Assembly: GCA_002010665.1 (NCBI GenBank)
Contig: MTON01000024.1
Span: 149,830-206,070, forward strand
Source of the DNA: Candidatus Aminicenantes bacterium JdFR-78
Lineage (GTDB): Bacteria; Acidobacteriota; Aminicenantia; JdFR-78
Direction: 5' to 3'
Length of the DNA: 56,241 nt
The first letter of the stretch is position 1. Every line of letters starts with the position of its first letter. Positions 42,619-52,579 of this stretch are shown here, piece by piece. Below the pieces are notes generated by a model. The model did not search any database. It was not told where the DNA came from and saw only the letters and a list, made by a program, of their open reading frames with translations. The position numbers and the translations under genes are program-made.

Positions 42619-43521
42619 TTATTGACTTCTTGCAAGAGCTATGAGAGCACGCATAAGCTTAAAACCTTCAATATAATCTTTGATGACAAAATAAACTGTT
42701 CTTCCATTTTTTCTTTTAACTCCTGGGATAAGCTCTGGATAATCCGCCTGATAGCTAAAATTGAATTCAAGTTCAAAAGTATAAGGTGGATCAAGTTTAA
42801 AAGGTTTGATTTTACTTCTTTTCTTCAAAGCTAATTTTGTTTTTTCTCTTAATAATTTAAAAGCCTTATTTAAAGGCAAGCATTTTGCTGCATATCTTCC
42901 AATTCCTTCTTTTACTGGAACTACTTCAATTTCTTTACTAAGAAGTTCTTTAGCTTGAAAGCATACTTCTGAATCTCCCGAAACTAGAACCACAGGAACA
43001 TCAAAATAGCCTGCAACAAGAGCGTTAATTCCTACTTCTGGCATTTCAATATTGTTTATTCTGATTGAGTAAATTGAGGAACCCGAGTATGTGTGATCTA
43101 AAACTCCATTTTTTGTTCCTGCTTTTGCATGATAACCTATGAAAATTACTGCATCAAAAGAATCGTCTATTCCTTGCATCATACTGAGAGGTTTCGGCGA
43201 ACCTGTTATTAGATATGCAGAAGGGTGAAGTTCGCTTAATATTATGTTTCTCATGCTTCCATGAGAATCATTCACTACAATTTCTGTTGCTCCAGCATCA
43301 AGAGCACCCTGGATCACAGCATTGGTCTCCTCTATCATCCATTTACGAGCTATATTATAATCCTTACCTGCAGAAGAACTCTGCTCTCTATGCACAACTC
43401 CTGCTATTCCTTCCATATCTACTGAAATGTAAACCTTTAATTTTTCAGCAGAAATCAGATAATTATTCACTGAAATTAAAATCAAAATAAAAATCAATAC
43501 CCTAAAAATCTGCTTATTCAT
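42619..43521 (-). CDS. M55 D-aminopeptidase (DppA-like) with signal peptide
   Basis: ISVDMEG, VNDSHG, GYHA, HTYS. Confidence 0.9.
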   Translation of the reverse strand: MNKQIFRVLIFILILISVNNYLISAEKLKVYISVDMEGIAGVVHREQSSSAGKDYNIARKWMIEETNAVIQGALDAGATEIVVNDSHGSMRNIILSELHPSAYLITGSPKPLSMMQGIDDSFDAVIFIGYHAKAGTKNGVLDHTYSGSSIYSIRINNIEMPEVGINALVAGYFDVPVVLVSGDSEVCFQAKELLSKEIEVVPVKEGIGRYAAKCLPLNKAFKLLREKTKLALKKRSKIKPFKLDPPYTFELEFNFSYQADYPELIPGVKRKNGRTVYFVIKDYIEGFKLMRALIALARSQ

Positions 43522-43534
43522 GATTTTCTCCTCC

Positions 43535-44614
43535 TTATCCCAATTTTTTCTTTAAAAAAGATATAAATTTTTCTCTATATGGAAAAAGTGCAGGAGTTCC
43601 TCCTGTATGAAGAAAAACTATATTCTCTCCTTCTCTAAAATATCCATTTTTAATTAGATCGAGCATTCCTGCCATAGCTTTTCCTGTATATACAGGATCA
43701 AGAAAGATACCCTCCTCTCGTGCAAGAAAAGCAATCGCTTGCGCTACCTCTTGATTAAGCACACCATACCCTTCCTTTAAATAATCATCGAAAACAATTA
43801 TCTCTTTATCTTCAATTTTTTCCTTGATGTTAATTGCTGATAAAGTATGTTCTATTATGTTTTTCACATATTTTCTCATTGTTTCTTTGTCTTCAGAGAC
43901 GCATATTCCAACAATTCTTGTCCAGGGAGAAAGCAATTTTGCTCCAATTATTAAACCAGCCTGAGTGCTTCCTGAACCTGTTGCAATAATAACAGAATCA
44001 ATTTTAATTTTTTCAGCCATTGTCTGTTCATATAATTCTAAAAATACCTCTAAATAAGCAATTGCTCCCAATGGAACACTCATTGAACCCTCAACTAAGG
44101 ACCCCCCAATTGGAGCAATATATGGAGTATTTCCTTTTTGTTTTTCCTTTTTTACTATTTCCTCTACAAAGTCTTTTACATCACTAAGCTCCATTGTCTT
44201 TTTTTCTTTTTCAACTTCAATGATTTTAATTTCTGCATCCAAAATAAGATCAAGTAAAAGATTTCCATCGTATTCTTTTGAAAAAGCTGGTTTTTTAAAA
44301 AGCAATAACACTGGCTTTATTTTTAATTTCTTCGCTGCAGCTGTAAGCTGTCTGCACCAGTTAGATTGGACTCCAGCCCATGTAATTACACAATTTGCTT
44401 TCTGGTGTAAAACATCAGCCATTATGAATTCTAATTTTCGAGTTTTATTCCCTCCAAAAGCCAACCCAGTTTGGTCATCTCTTTTAATAAAAATATTATA
44501 ATATTTAAACATTGCAGAAAGATTATTTAATTTTTCAAATGGCGTAGGTAAAAATGAAAGTTTTACTCTTGGAAATTTTTTAATTTTATTTTTCAAATCC
44601 TGAATCGAAATCAT
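43535..44614 (-). CDS. D-cysteine desulfhydrase / ACC deaminase family PLP enzyme
   Basis: IKRDD, GGNKTRKLEF, QSNW, LDPVYTGKA, HTGG. Confidence 0.88.
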   Translation of the reverse strand: MISIQDLKNKIKKFPRVKLSFLPTPFEKLNNLSAMFKYYNIFIKRDDQTGLAFGGNKTRKLEFIMADVLHQKANCVITWAGVQSNWCRQLTAAAKKLKIKPVLLLFKKPAFSKEYDGNLLLDLILDAEIKIIEVEKEKKTMELSDVKDFVEEIVKKEKQKGNTPYIAPIGGSLVEGSMSVPLGAIAYLEVFLELYEQTMAEKIKIDSVIIATGSGSTQAGLIIGAKLLSPWTRIVGICVSEDKETMRKYVKNIIEHTLSAINIKEKIEDKEIIVFDDYLKEGYGVLNQEVAQAIAFLAREEGIFLDPVYTGKAMAGMLDLIKNGYFREGENIVFLHTGGTPALFPYREKFISFLKKKLG

Positions 44615-44636
44615 TTCCTTTCTCCTAGGTTTTCTA

Positions 44637-44855
44637 CTAATCCATTATATCTTTTTTTATCCTCTCAAATTCCTCTCTATCAATTTCTCCTCGAGCATAT
44701 CTCTTTTTAAGGATATCAAGAGCAGTTTCATCTTTACTTTGTTTAGCAAACCACTTAATAAAAAATATTAAGATAATAATTATTATTGCCCATCCCATAA
44801 CCCAGATTATTCCCCATAAACCACTCCACACCCAGTTTTTTGTCCACCACCATAT
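44637..44855 (-). CDS. Small membrane protein with SHOCT domain (start codon uncertain, possibly ATA)
   Basis: Trp/Gly-rich N-terminus, TM helix, ALDILKKRYARGEIDREEF. Confidence 0.7.
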   Translation of the reverse strand: MWWWTKNWVWSGLWGIIWVMGWAIIIIILIFFIKWFAKQSKDETALDILKKRYARGEIDREEFERIKKDIMD

Positions 44856-44868
44856 TTTTATTCCTTTC

Positions 44869-45396
44869 CTAAAGATTAATTTCTCTTTCTTTTCCTGATA
44901 CTGCCTCAAGGGAACTAGCAAATTCTTCAGGTCTTTGAGATCCAATTAATAATTGCTTTCCATCTATAAATTCAATTTGAACTCCGCGATTTCCCCTAAT
45001 ATTATAGGCTTTTCCATGTTTTCCATAACGTATTCCCCATCCACCATATTCTTTAATAGGATGATAAGTTACAACTTTGAATTTTTTTATTCTCTCATAG
45101 GGAAATTTTTCAAAAGAAAAATGGAAAGGGTAAAAACGAATATAGAGTGCATCAGCTCGAACCTCTGTTATAAGTTTTGTTGAAAAAAATAAAATAGGAA
45201 ATCCAATTCCGAAAATTAACCAGAATATAACAACAATAATATCAGACACAGGTTCTTTCCCCAAAGGCTTTCCTAATAATACCTGTGTTCCAAACCAGTA
45301 CCAGAAAAAACCAGAAATTGAAAGAATAAGAAGTCGAATCCATATTTGATTAAATCTCTGAACTTCTCTGAAATAGACAATTTTTGAATCAGGCAT
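44869..45396 (-). CDS. DUF6141-like membrane protein (bacterial PH-like)
   Basis: FREVQRF, two TM helices, EYGGWGIR, LIGSQRPEE. Confidence 0.65.
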   Translation of the reverse strand: MPDSKIVYFREVQRFNQIWIRLLILSISGFFWYWFGTQVLLGKPLGKEPVSDIIVVIFWLIFGIGFPILFFSTKLITEVRADALYIRFYPFHFSFEKFPYERIKKFKVVTYHPIKEYGGWGIRYGKHGKAYNIRGNRGVQIEFIDGKQLLIGSQRPEEFASSLEAVSGKEREINL

Positions 45397-45464
45397 TTTG
45401 ATTTTTCCTAAAATACTATAACTTCAACCTTTCCCTTTTTCAAGCGATAAAATAAAAAACTCGA

Positions 45465-45956
45465 TCATTCTTTTTTCGAATAAATAAATTCTTTTTTCAA
45501 TGAATAAGTATACGGAAGATTTCTGTTTTTCCAACCATTAATAGTTCTGTGACCTTGTTCATCTTTTTCTCCTTCAAATCCCTCCTTTATACTGAATACA
45601 TTGAGGAAACCCGCCTTTCTTGCAATGCTTGCAGCTTTTAAGCTTCTCTTACCACTTCGACAAATAAAAATTAAAGTATCGGTTTTTGTAAAACGAGCTT
45701 TTAAATCTTGGATGAAATTTTTATTTGGTATTAATTTCTGTTTCTCTTCAGACCAGAACATTAAAGGGATATTATACGCTTTTTCTGGATGTCCAATAAA
45801 AACATATTCTGCGATACTTCTTACATCAACCAGATACGTTCTTGGATTCTTGAGCATTTTGTAAGCCTCATCAGGTAAAATTTCTTCAATATCTTGAGCA
45901 ATAGAAAAACTAAAGATTGAGAGAAGAATAATAAAAAATAAATTTGACTTTCTCAT
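45465..45956 (-). CDS. Exported rhodanese-like protein
   Basis: LVDVRS..EY, ICRSGKRS, GFEG, GW; ATG at 45956 after GAGGTG gives a signal peptide. Confidence 0.85.
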   Translation of the reverse strand: MRKSNLFFIILLSIFSFSIAQDIEEILPDEAYKMLKNPRTYLVDVRSIAEYVFIGHPEKAYNIPLMFWSEEKQKLIPNKNFIQDLKARFTKTDTLIFICRSGKRSLKAASIARKAGFLNVFSIKEGFEGEKDEQGHRTINGWKNRNLPYTYSLKKEFIYSKKE

Positions 45957-46096
45957 ACCCACCTCTTTTTTCTGAATTCTAAATTTTAACAAATTATATA
46001 TCATTTCCATTGGACAGAGTCAATTTTTGGAAAAAATTATAAAAATTAATATTTGACAGGATAATTTTATTTTTATAACTTTATATTTGAGTAAAA

Positions 46097-46492
46097 ATGA
46101 GTGAATATACTGAAAAACATGCAAAATCTGGATTAAAGGAAAAGTTACCCAAAATTGAATGTTTTCCTAATCAATTTGAGGGATACGAAATAAAAATTGA
46201 AATTCCTGAATTTACCTCTGTATGCCCTAAAACCGGACTCCCTGATTTTGGAAAAATAACCATTAGATACATGCCCGACAAATACTGTGTGGAATTAAAA
46301 TCATTGAAAATGTATATTTTGGGTTACAGAAATCTTGGAATTTTTTATGAAAACGCAGTTAATAGGATACTTGAAGACTTTGTTAAGGCTTGTAAACCAA
46401 AATGGGCAATTGTAACTGGTGAATTTAATCCAAGAGGAGGAATAAAGTCAATTGTTGAAGCAAGATATCCACGGAACAGAAGTGAAAAGTGA
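46097..46492 (+). CDS. queF: NADPH-dependent preQ0 reductase (type I)
   Basis: EFTSVCPKTGLPDFG, VELKSLK, PRGG. Confidence 0.95.
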   Translation: MSEYTEKHAKSGLKEKLPKIECFPNQFEGYEIKIEIPEFTSVCPKTGLPDFGKITIRYMPDKYCVELKSLKMYILGYRNLGIFYENAVNRILEDFVKACKPKWAIVTGEFNPRGGIKSIVEARYPRNRSEK

Positions 46493-46495
46493 GGT

Positions 46496-46524
46496 TTGAC
46501 AATAAAAAAAATATATTCTATAAT
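46496..46524 (+). promoter_or_regulatory. Consensus sigma70 promoter of ssrA
   Basis: TTGACA-N17-TATAAT. Confidence 0.85.
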
Positions 46525-46540
46525 TTTAAAGTGATTGACT

Positions 46541-46890
46541 GGGGGCGAAAAGGGCTCGACGGAGATAATGAGGCGGAAGCAGCATGCCGAGGTTCCACCA
46601 ACCTCGTTAAAAAGGTGGAAAAAAAGAAGTGCAGAAACTCTGCCTGTCGCTGCCTAAAAAGTAAGGCAGCCATCCCTTTAGCCTTTTCCCGCGGGGCTTG
46701 AGGGATGTCGGTGAGCGGGATAGCGACCCGGATTTGTCCTGAGTCCGGGAAGCGAAACTTTATCAGGACTAGTCGATGGGTGTTTTGCCTCTTCGAACCC
46801 CATCGATGAAGATTTAAGAAGAGGATAAGCATGTAGAACCTTCTCGCCGAAGATCTCCGGACGCGGGTTCGATTCCCGCCGCCTCCACCA
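46541..46890 (+). ncRNA. ssrA: tmRNA; tag reading frame 46631-46657 encodes AETLPVAA*
   Basis: GGGGGCG/CGCCTCC-ACCA acceptor stem with G3.U, CTCGAC, GCATGCCGAG, T-arm GGTTCGATTCC; tag ends in AA-stop. Confidence 0.96.
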
Positions 46891-46905
46891 CAATTAATAA
46901 AGATA

Positions 46906-48024
46906 ATGAAGAAGAAATATCTGCTATTAATAATTTTTTTATATTTAATACCAAGCTTAGAGGGGCTAACTCTTAAGGTTAGGTACGCTGACCATCCTGA
47001 TTTTACTCGAGTTGTCATAGAATCTTACACAGCTTTCTCTTATCAGATTTATACCACTCCTGGAAAAATTGATGTAGTAATTAATGGAAATTTTACTTTT
47101 GGAATTCAACGAAAAAAAGTCCATAGCAGAATTTTAAAAGAATTCTATTGGGAAAAGAACGGTTCAAATACTATTTTTAAAGTAATCCTTAAAAAAGACA
47201 GATTCACCATTGATTATTTCACTTTAATAAATCCTTTTAGACTTGTACTCGATATAAAAGAATTATCTTCGCCTGTTATTCCTGAATTGGAAGGGAAAGG
47301 AGCTGGAGGGATATCTAATTTAAATAGAGGCATCCGCTATACGAAAACCATTATTATTGACCCAGGACATGGGGGTTCTGATAGAGGAGCAAGAGGACCT
47401 TCTGGTCTTCTGGAAAAGAATGTCACCTTAGCAATCGCAAAAGAATTAAAATCAATTATAGAAAGAAACTTACCAGTAAGAGTAGTTCTTACAAGAACAG
47501 AAGATATAAATATTTCATTGGAGGATAGAGCATCCATAGCAAATAATCAAAAAGCAGATATGTTCATAAGTATTCATACAAATGCTTCTTATCGAAAATC
47601 AGCGCATGGTTCTGAAACCTATTTTTTAAGCTTGCACGCAAGTGACGAAGAAACAAGAAGACTTGCTTATTTTGAGAATAATTCTGATAAATTAGAAGAT
47701 GAAATTTTCCCTGAAAATGCAGAGGATATAAAATTAATTCTCTGGGATCTGGCACAAACTTCCTATCTGAAACAGAGCAGTCAGCTGGCAGAGACTATTC
47801 AGAATGAGCTGAATTATCTTCTTGGAACAACCAATAGAGGAATTAAACAAGCTCCTTTTAAAGTTCTATCAAATGTTGCTATGCCTGCTGTTTTAATAGA
47901 AGTGGCATTTATAACCAATCCCGAGGAAGAAAAGAAACTTTCTTCTGTAAAATTCCAGCGTCAGGTTGCACTTGCAATTTTTAGAGGCATAATTAATTAT
48001 TTAAAATCAACAGAAGTTAAATAA
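46906..48024 (+). CDS. N-acetylmuramoyl-L-alanine amidase (AMIN + Amidase_3)
   Basis: Signal peptide, NPFRLVLDI, IDPGHGG, SIHTN, LIEVAFITN. Confidence 0.92.
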   Translation: MKKKYLLLIIFLYLIPSLEGLTLKVRYADHPDFTRVVIESYTAFSYQIYTTPGKIDVVINGNFTFGIQRKKVHSRILKEFYWEKNGSNTIFKVILKKDRFTIDYFTLINPFRLVLDIKELSSPVIPELEGKGAGGISNLNRGIRYTKTIIIDPGHGGSDRGARGPSGLLEKNVTLAIAKELKSIIERNLPVRVVLTRTEDINISLEDRASIANNQKADMFISIHTNASYRKSAHGSETYFLSLHASDEETRRLAYFENNSDKLEDEIFPENAEDIKLILWDLAQTSYLKQSSQLAETIQNELNYLLGTTNRGIKQAPFKVLSNVAMPAVLIEVAFITNPEEEKKLSSVKFQRQVALAIFRGIINYLKSTEVK

Positions 48025-48612
48025 ATGAAAAGGAAAGAGAGAATTTTGCTGATATCTCTTTTTATAATAGTTTGTATTCTCATTATTTTAATAATTTTAA
48101 GTTTGAAAACAGAAAAAATTAAAGTTAGTAGGGAGGTAACTCAGACCTATTTTCCAAACATTGAAGAAACCACAGAAAAACGAGAAGTGACCATTTTCTT
48201 TCCCTCTGAAGAAGACTCTTTGCTTTATCCAGAAGCAAGAGAAATTTATTTAACTCCTTCTCTTATACAACAAGCGAAACAGGTCATTTTAGAACTAATA
48301 AAAGGGCCAGAAAATAACCATTTACCCACACTTCCTCCAACCACAAAATTAAGGGAAATTTTCATTACAAATGACGGAACTGCTTACATTGACTTCTCAA
48401 AGGAGATTTATCAACAACACCCAGGAGGTTCAGAGGCTGAGATAATATCCATATACGCTATAGTTAATTCTTTAACTTATAATTTTCCTCAGATAAAAAG
48501 AGTCCAGATCTTGATCGAAGGTCTGGAGAAAGAAACTTTGAACGGACATATAGATTTGACAAAACCTTTTTCCCCTCGTTTTAATCTAATAGCCTCAAAT
48601 AAAGAACCCTGA
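48025..48612 (+). CDS. GerMN domain protein
   Basis: N-terminal TM helix, ELIKGP, AYIDFS, IVNSLT, VQILIEG. Confidence 0.85.
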   Translation: MKRKERILLISLFIIVCILIILIILSLKTEKIKVSREVTQTYFPNIEETTEKREVTIFFPSEEDSLLYPEAREIYLTPSLIQQAKQVILELIKGPENNHLPTLPPTTKLREIFITNDGTAYIDFSKEIYQQHPGGSEAEIISIYAIVNSLTYNFPQIKRVQILIEGLEKETLNGHIDLTKPFSPRFNLIASNKEP

Positions 48613-48629
48613 AAGCATTTTAAATTAAA

Positions 48630-49940
48630 ATGACTCTACCCAAAGTTGCAATTATTGGCTTTCCAAATGTAGGAAAATCTACCCTTTTTAATAGAATTCT
48701 CGGAAGAAAAAAGGCTTTGGTGCACTCGTTACCAGGCATGACAAGGGATAAAATATACGGAATAGCAGAATGGAAAAATAAGAGATTTGAGTTAATTGAT
48801 ACTGGAGGACTATTCAGTAATTCTGAAGAGCCATTATCTGAACTTGTTGAAAAAAAGGCAATAGAAGCAGCAGAAGAGGCAGATGTTATATTATTTGTAA
48901 TCGATGGACGCAGAGAAATTCTTCCAGGTGAAGAAGAATTATTTGTTTTACTTAAAAAATTAAACAAACCTATATTAATCGTTGTGAATAAAATAGATAC
49001 CCTATCTGCAAAAAGAAAACATGTTGATGCGTATAAATTCGGAAGCGAAAAAATTCTATTTATTTCAGCTGAACATAAAAAAGGAATTGAAGAATTGAAA
49101 GATTGTTTAATTAAATATTTACCTGAAGGAAAAAAGGATAAAATCTCAGAAAAACCAGTTAAAATTGCAATAGTGGGGAGAATAAATGTAGGTAAGTCCT
49201 CTCTTATTAACAGATTACTCGGAGAAGAAAGATTAATAGTTAGTGAAATACCAGGAACAACAAGGGACAGTGTGGATACCCTTGTAAAAAGAGAAGGAAA
49301 ATATTTTATTCTGATTGATACAGCGGGCATAAGAAGGCTTGGAAAAACTAAAGATAAAAAAGAAAAAGCAGCTATAATTAAAGCAAAGAAAAATATAAAA
49401 GAAGCTGACGTTATCTGTCTTGTTCTTGATGCTCTGGAGTCCCCTACTCATCAAGATGCAACAATTGCTCAATTGGCAGCTCTATCTTGGAAGCCTTTAA
49501 TTGTTGCTGTAAACAAATGGGATTTAATTCCAAAGAATCAGCAAAATACGGTGATTTTTGAGGAAAGAATTTACCAAAAATTATCCTTTGTGAGTTATGC
49601 ACCTTTAATCTTTGTTTCTGCAGTTACAGGAAAAAGAGTTGTTAAAATTCTCGATCTTTCCCTCCAAGTTTATGAAAATAGTTTTAAAAGAATTCCTACT
49701 CCTCAGTTAAATAGATTCTTACACGAAATTATTAAATCTAATCCTCCTATTACGAAAAAGAGAGAACCTATTAAAATTAAATATATGGTTCAGACTGGCG
49801 TTCATCCGCCCACTTTCTCTCTATATTCCTCAAAAAAGCAACCTCTTCTTCCAAATTATGAGAAATTCTTTACAAATAAGATGAGAGAAGAATTTGATTT
49901 ATGGGGAACACCTATAAAACTTATTATTAAAAGGAAATAA
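48630..49940 (+). CDS. der: Ribosome biogenesis GTPase Der
   Basis: Two G domains (GFPNVGKS/DTGG/NKID and GRINVGKS/DTAG/NKWD) plus a KH-like tail. Confidence 0.96.
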   Translation: MTLPKVAIIGFPNVGKSTLFNRILGRKKALVHSLPGMTRDKIYGIAEWKNKRFELIDTGGLFSNSEEPLSELVEKKAIEAAEEADVILFVIDGRREILPGEEELFVLLKKLNKPILIVVNKIDTLSAKRKHVDAYKFGSEKILFISAEHKKGIEELKDCLIKYLPEGKKDKISEKPVKIAIVGRINVGKSSLINRLLGEERLIVSEIPGTTRDSVDTLVKREGKYFILIDTAGIRRLGKTKDKKEKAAIIKAKKNIKEADVICLVLDALESPTHQDATIAQLAALSWKPLIVAVNKWDLIPKNQQNTVIFEERIYQKLSFVSYAPLIFVSAVTGKRVVKILDLSLQVYENSFKRIPTPQLNRFLHEIIKSNPPITKKREPIKIKYMVQTGVHPPTFSLYSSKKQPLLPNYEKFFTNKMREEFDLWGTPIKLIIKRK

Positions 49941-50018
49941 AAAATTAATATTGATTTATAATAGATTAAATATTATCTTATAAATTCAATATTTTTAGTT
50001 AACTAGGAGGAGAAATAC

Positions 50019-51545
50019 ATGAAAAGAGTTTTAATAAGTGTTTATGATAAAACTGGACTTATTGAATTTAGCAAATTTTTAGTAGAAAATGAATGGGAAA
50101 TAATAGCTACCAGAGGGACTTCAAAATTTCTCGAAAAAAATAAAATACCAAATACTCCTATCGAAAAATTAATCAATTTTCCTGAACTTCTGGGGGGTCG
50201 AGTTAAAACACTCCATCCATTTCTTTTTAGTGCGATTTTAGCTCGAAGAAATAGGGAAAAAGACTTAGAAGAGATAGAGAAATTTAATATTAAACCAATT
50301 GATATGGTTGTAGTAAATCTATACCCTTTTAAGGAAGCTACTTCAAGAGAAGAGTTAAAACTTGATGATGCCTTAGAATTTATAGATATTGGAGGAGTTT
50401 CTTTAATTAGGGCATCAGCTAAGAACTTTAAAGACGTAATTGTTGTTGTTGACCCAAATGACTATTCCGAGATTACTCGTTTATTAAAAGAAGAAAAGGA
50501 CATAAGTTTTAATAAAAGAATTGAATTTGCTAAAAAAGCTTTTCAAATCACCTCGGAATATGATTCTTATATCTTCAATTATTTAAACTCTCTTACAGAA
50601 AAGAAAGAATTTTTTACACCCGTAATAAATTTAAGTTTATTAAAAATTCAGGAATTGAGGTATGGCGAGAATCCCCATCAAAAGGGAGCTTTATATAGTG
50701 AACCGGATTCCCCTTTTTTTCAGAATATGATCAAATATCAAGGTAAGGAATTATCTTTTAATAATTTACTTGATATAAATTCAGCATATGAATTATGCAT
50801 GGAATTCAAAGAGCCTTTCTGCTGTATAATTAAACACAACAGCCCATGTGGTGCTGCATTAGGTAAAAATGCTCTTGAGTCCTTTGAAAAAGCTCTTCAG
50901 ACTGACCCACTTTCTGCTTTCGGAGGAATAATAGGTTTTAATTGTGCTGTAGATGAACAGGTTGCTTCAGAAATAGTAAAATCTTTTTATGAAGTTGTAA
51001 TAGCTCCTGAATTTTCGGAAAAAGCACTTGAAATATTTCAGATTAAAAAGAACTTAAGGGTCGTGAAATTCCCTTTCGGAATTCTGAATGAAATGGATTT
51101 TAAAAGAATAACTGGAGGTTGGCTTGTTCAAGAAAAAGATAGTATTGATTATGTGAAAGAAAAACTAAGAGTGGTAACGAAGAAAAGACCTTCTGAGAAG
51201 GAACTCAAAGATTTACTCTTTGCATGGAAAGTTGTAAAATATGTAAAATCCAATGCTATTGTCTTTGCTAAAGATCTGCAAACAGTTGGAATTGGTGCAG
51301 GTCAGATGAGCAGGGTTGATGCAGCAAAAGTTGCAATCTCAAAAGCTCGACTTCCTCTTAAAAATTCAGTTGTAGCTTCAGATGCCTTTTTCCCGTTTCC
51401 TGATGCTTTAGAAGAGTGCATTAAGGCAGGCGCTTCTGCATTTATCCAGCCCGGAGGTTCAATTCGAGATGAAGAAGTTATAAAAACAGCGGATAATTAT
51501 GGTGTTTCAATGATATTTACAGGAATAAGACATTTCCGACATTAA
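50019..51545 (+). CDS. purH: Bifunctional AICAR transformylase / IMP cyclohydrolase
   Basis: LISVYDKTG, GRVKTLHP, LRYGENPHQ, SDAFFPF, RHFRH. Confidence 0.97.
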   Translation: MKRVLISVYDKTGLIEFSKFLVENEWEIIATRGTSKFLEKNKIPNTPIEKLINFPELLGGRVKTLHPFLFSAILARRNREKDLEEIEKFNIKPIDMVVVNLYPFKEATSREELKLDDALEFIDIGGVSLIRASAKNFKDVIVVVDPNDYSEITRLLKEEKDISFNKRIEFAKKAFQITSEYDSYIFNYLNSLTEKKEFFTPVINLSLLKIQELRYGENPHQKGALYSEPDSPFFQNMIKYQGKELSFNNLLDINSAYELCMEFKEPFCCIIKHNSPCGAALGKNALESFEKALQTDPLSAFGGIIGFNCAVDEQVASEIVKSFYEVVIAPEFSEKALEIFQIKKNLRVVKFPFGILNEMDFKRITGGWLVQEKDSIDYVKEKLRVVTKKRPSEKELKDLLFAWKVVKYVKSNAIVFAKDLQTVGIGAGQMSRVDAAKVAISKARLPLKNSVVASDAFFPFPDALEECIKAGASAFIQPGGSIRDEEVIKTADNYGVSMIFTGIRHFRH

Positions 51546-51551
51546 CAATTA

Positions 51552-52028
51552 TCAAAACAAAGCTTTAAAAAAATAAAATGTCATTATCCCTGAAACAACT
51601 AATTTCAAAACAGTTCCAGTAATTATTCCTATGAAAACTCCCCATCCAGCTTTAAAAGCTCCATAAGTCTGCTTCCCGCTTATGACTTCGCCTACAAAAG
51701 CACCAAGAAAAGCTCCTATTATTATTCCCAGAGGTGGAAAATAAAAAAAACCAACAATCATTCCTATTACTGCGCCCCAGAAACCAAATTTTGAAGCTCC
51801 AAATTTTTTTGCACCAAATGCAGGAATAACGAAGTCTATAGCTGTAACTAAAATGGTCAGTCCAGCCATTGCAATGAGAAACTCAGGACTAAACACTTCC
51901 CATTTTTTTGAAATTGAAAGAGAGATAAGAGCTAAATAACTCAATGGTGGACCAGGAAGGCCAGGAACAACGCACCCAATGATTCCTAAAATTATTAAGA
52001 GAATGCCAATAATAGTAAAAACAAACAC
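51552..52028 (-). CDS. DUF456 family membrane protein
   Basis: VPGLPG, GAKKFGASK, Gly-rich TM helices. Confidence 0.8.
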   Translation of the reverse strand: MFVFTIIGILLIILGIIGCVVPGLPGPPLSYLALISLSISKKWEVFSPEFLIAMAGLTILVTAIDFVIPAFGAKKFGASKFGFWGAVIGMIVGFFYFPPLGIIIGAFLGAFVGEVISGKQTYGAFKAGWGVFIGIITGTVLKLVVSGIMTFYFFKALF

Positions 52029-52552
52029 TATTTTGCAAGTTCTGCAAGTTTTTTCAGGTCAAGCAAATTGGCTATTTTTTTCAATTCTGATGTATCTTTT
52101 ACATTATCTTCTGTTAAGTTAACTAGAAATCTATCCTTAACAAGAATTATTATCATAGCTTCTTCACTTCCATATTCATATTTCTCAACCCCAGGAAATC
52201 CCTTTACTGTTATCTTTTTCACATATTCTTCTGAAGAATCGATTTCAAAACTTGTCATCATTTTAAAGCTAGCATAGACCATAGGTATGTAACTTCCATC
52301 AATAATTTTAATTTCTAAATCCTTCTCACCTAATACATAACTTCTTTCCACCTGAGAAATCTTAAAATTTCCCATAGAAACTGTAGAGCCTTTTGGTTCT
52401 CCTTTAGCCTGCCATCCAGGAATATCAATTAAAAAATTAATTAATTTACGCCAATTTACTGGTTCTACTGGTTTTTGTGGCTGAGCAAAGAGATTAATAA
52501 TAGAAATAAGAAGAACAGAACTAAAAAATAGAATTAAAATTTTCCTCTTCAT
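52028..52552 (-). CDS. Exported hypothetical protein
   Basis: Signal peptide, SD GGAGGAGG; no family recognised. Confidence 0.7.
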   Translation of the reverse strand: MKRKILILFFSSVLLISIINLFAQPQKPVEPVNWRKLINFLIDIPGWQAKGEPKGSTVSMGNFKISQVERSYVLGEKDLEIKIIDGSYIPMVYASFKMMTSFEIDSSEEYVKKITVKGFPGVEKYEYGSEEAMIIILVKDRFLVNLTEDNVKDTSELKKIANLLDLKKLAELAK

Positions 52553-52579
52553 AGTTTTCCTCCTCCATAAATTAAAGTT

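Noticed and set aside
46011-46096. preQ1 riboswitch upstream of queF
   Set aside because: The promoter (TTGACA 46053-N17-TAACTT) leaves only about 10 nt of leader, and no aptamer motif is present.
46489-47018. ORFs 46489-46701, 46518-47018 and 46678-46893
   Set aside because: They overlap the tmRNA; they are open only because the RNA gene is GC-rich.
48620-49330. 236-aa minus-strand ORF
   Set aside because: Antisense shadow of der with no recognisable motifs.
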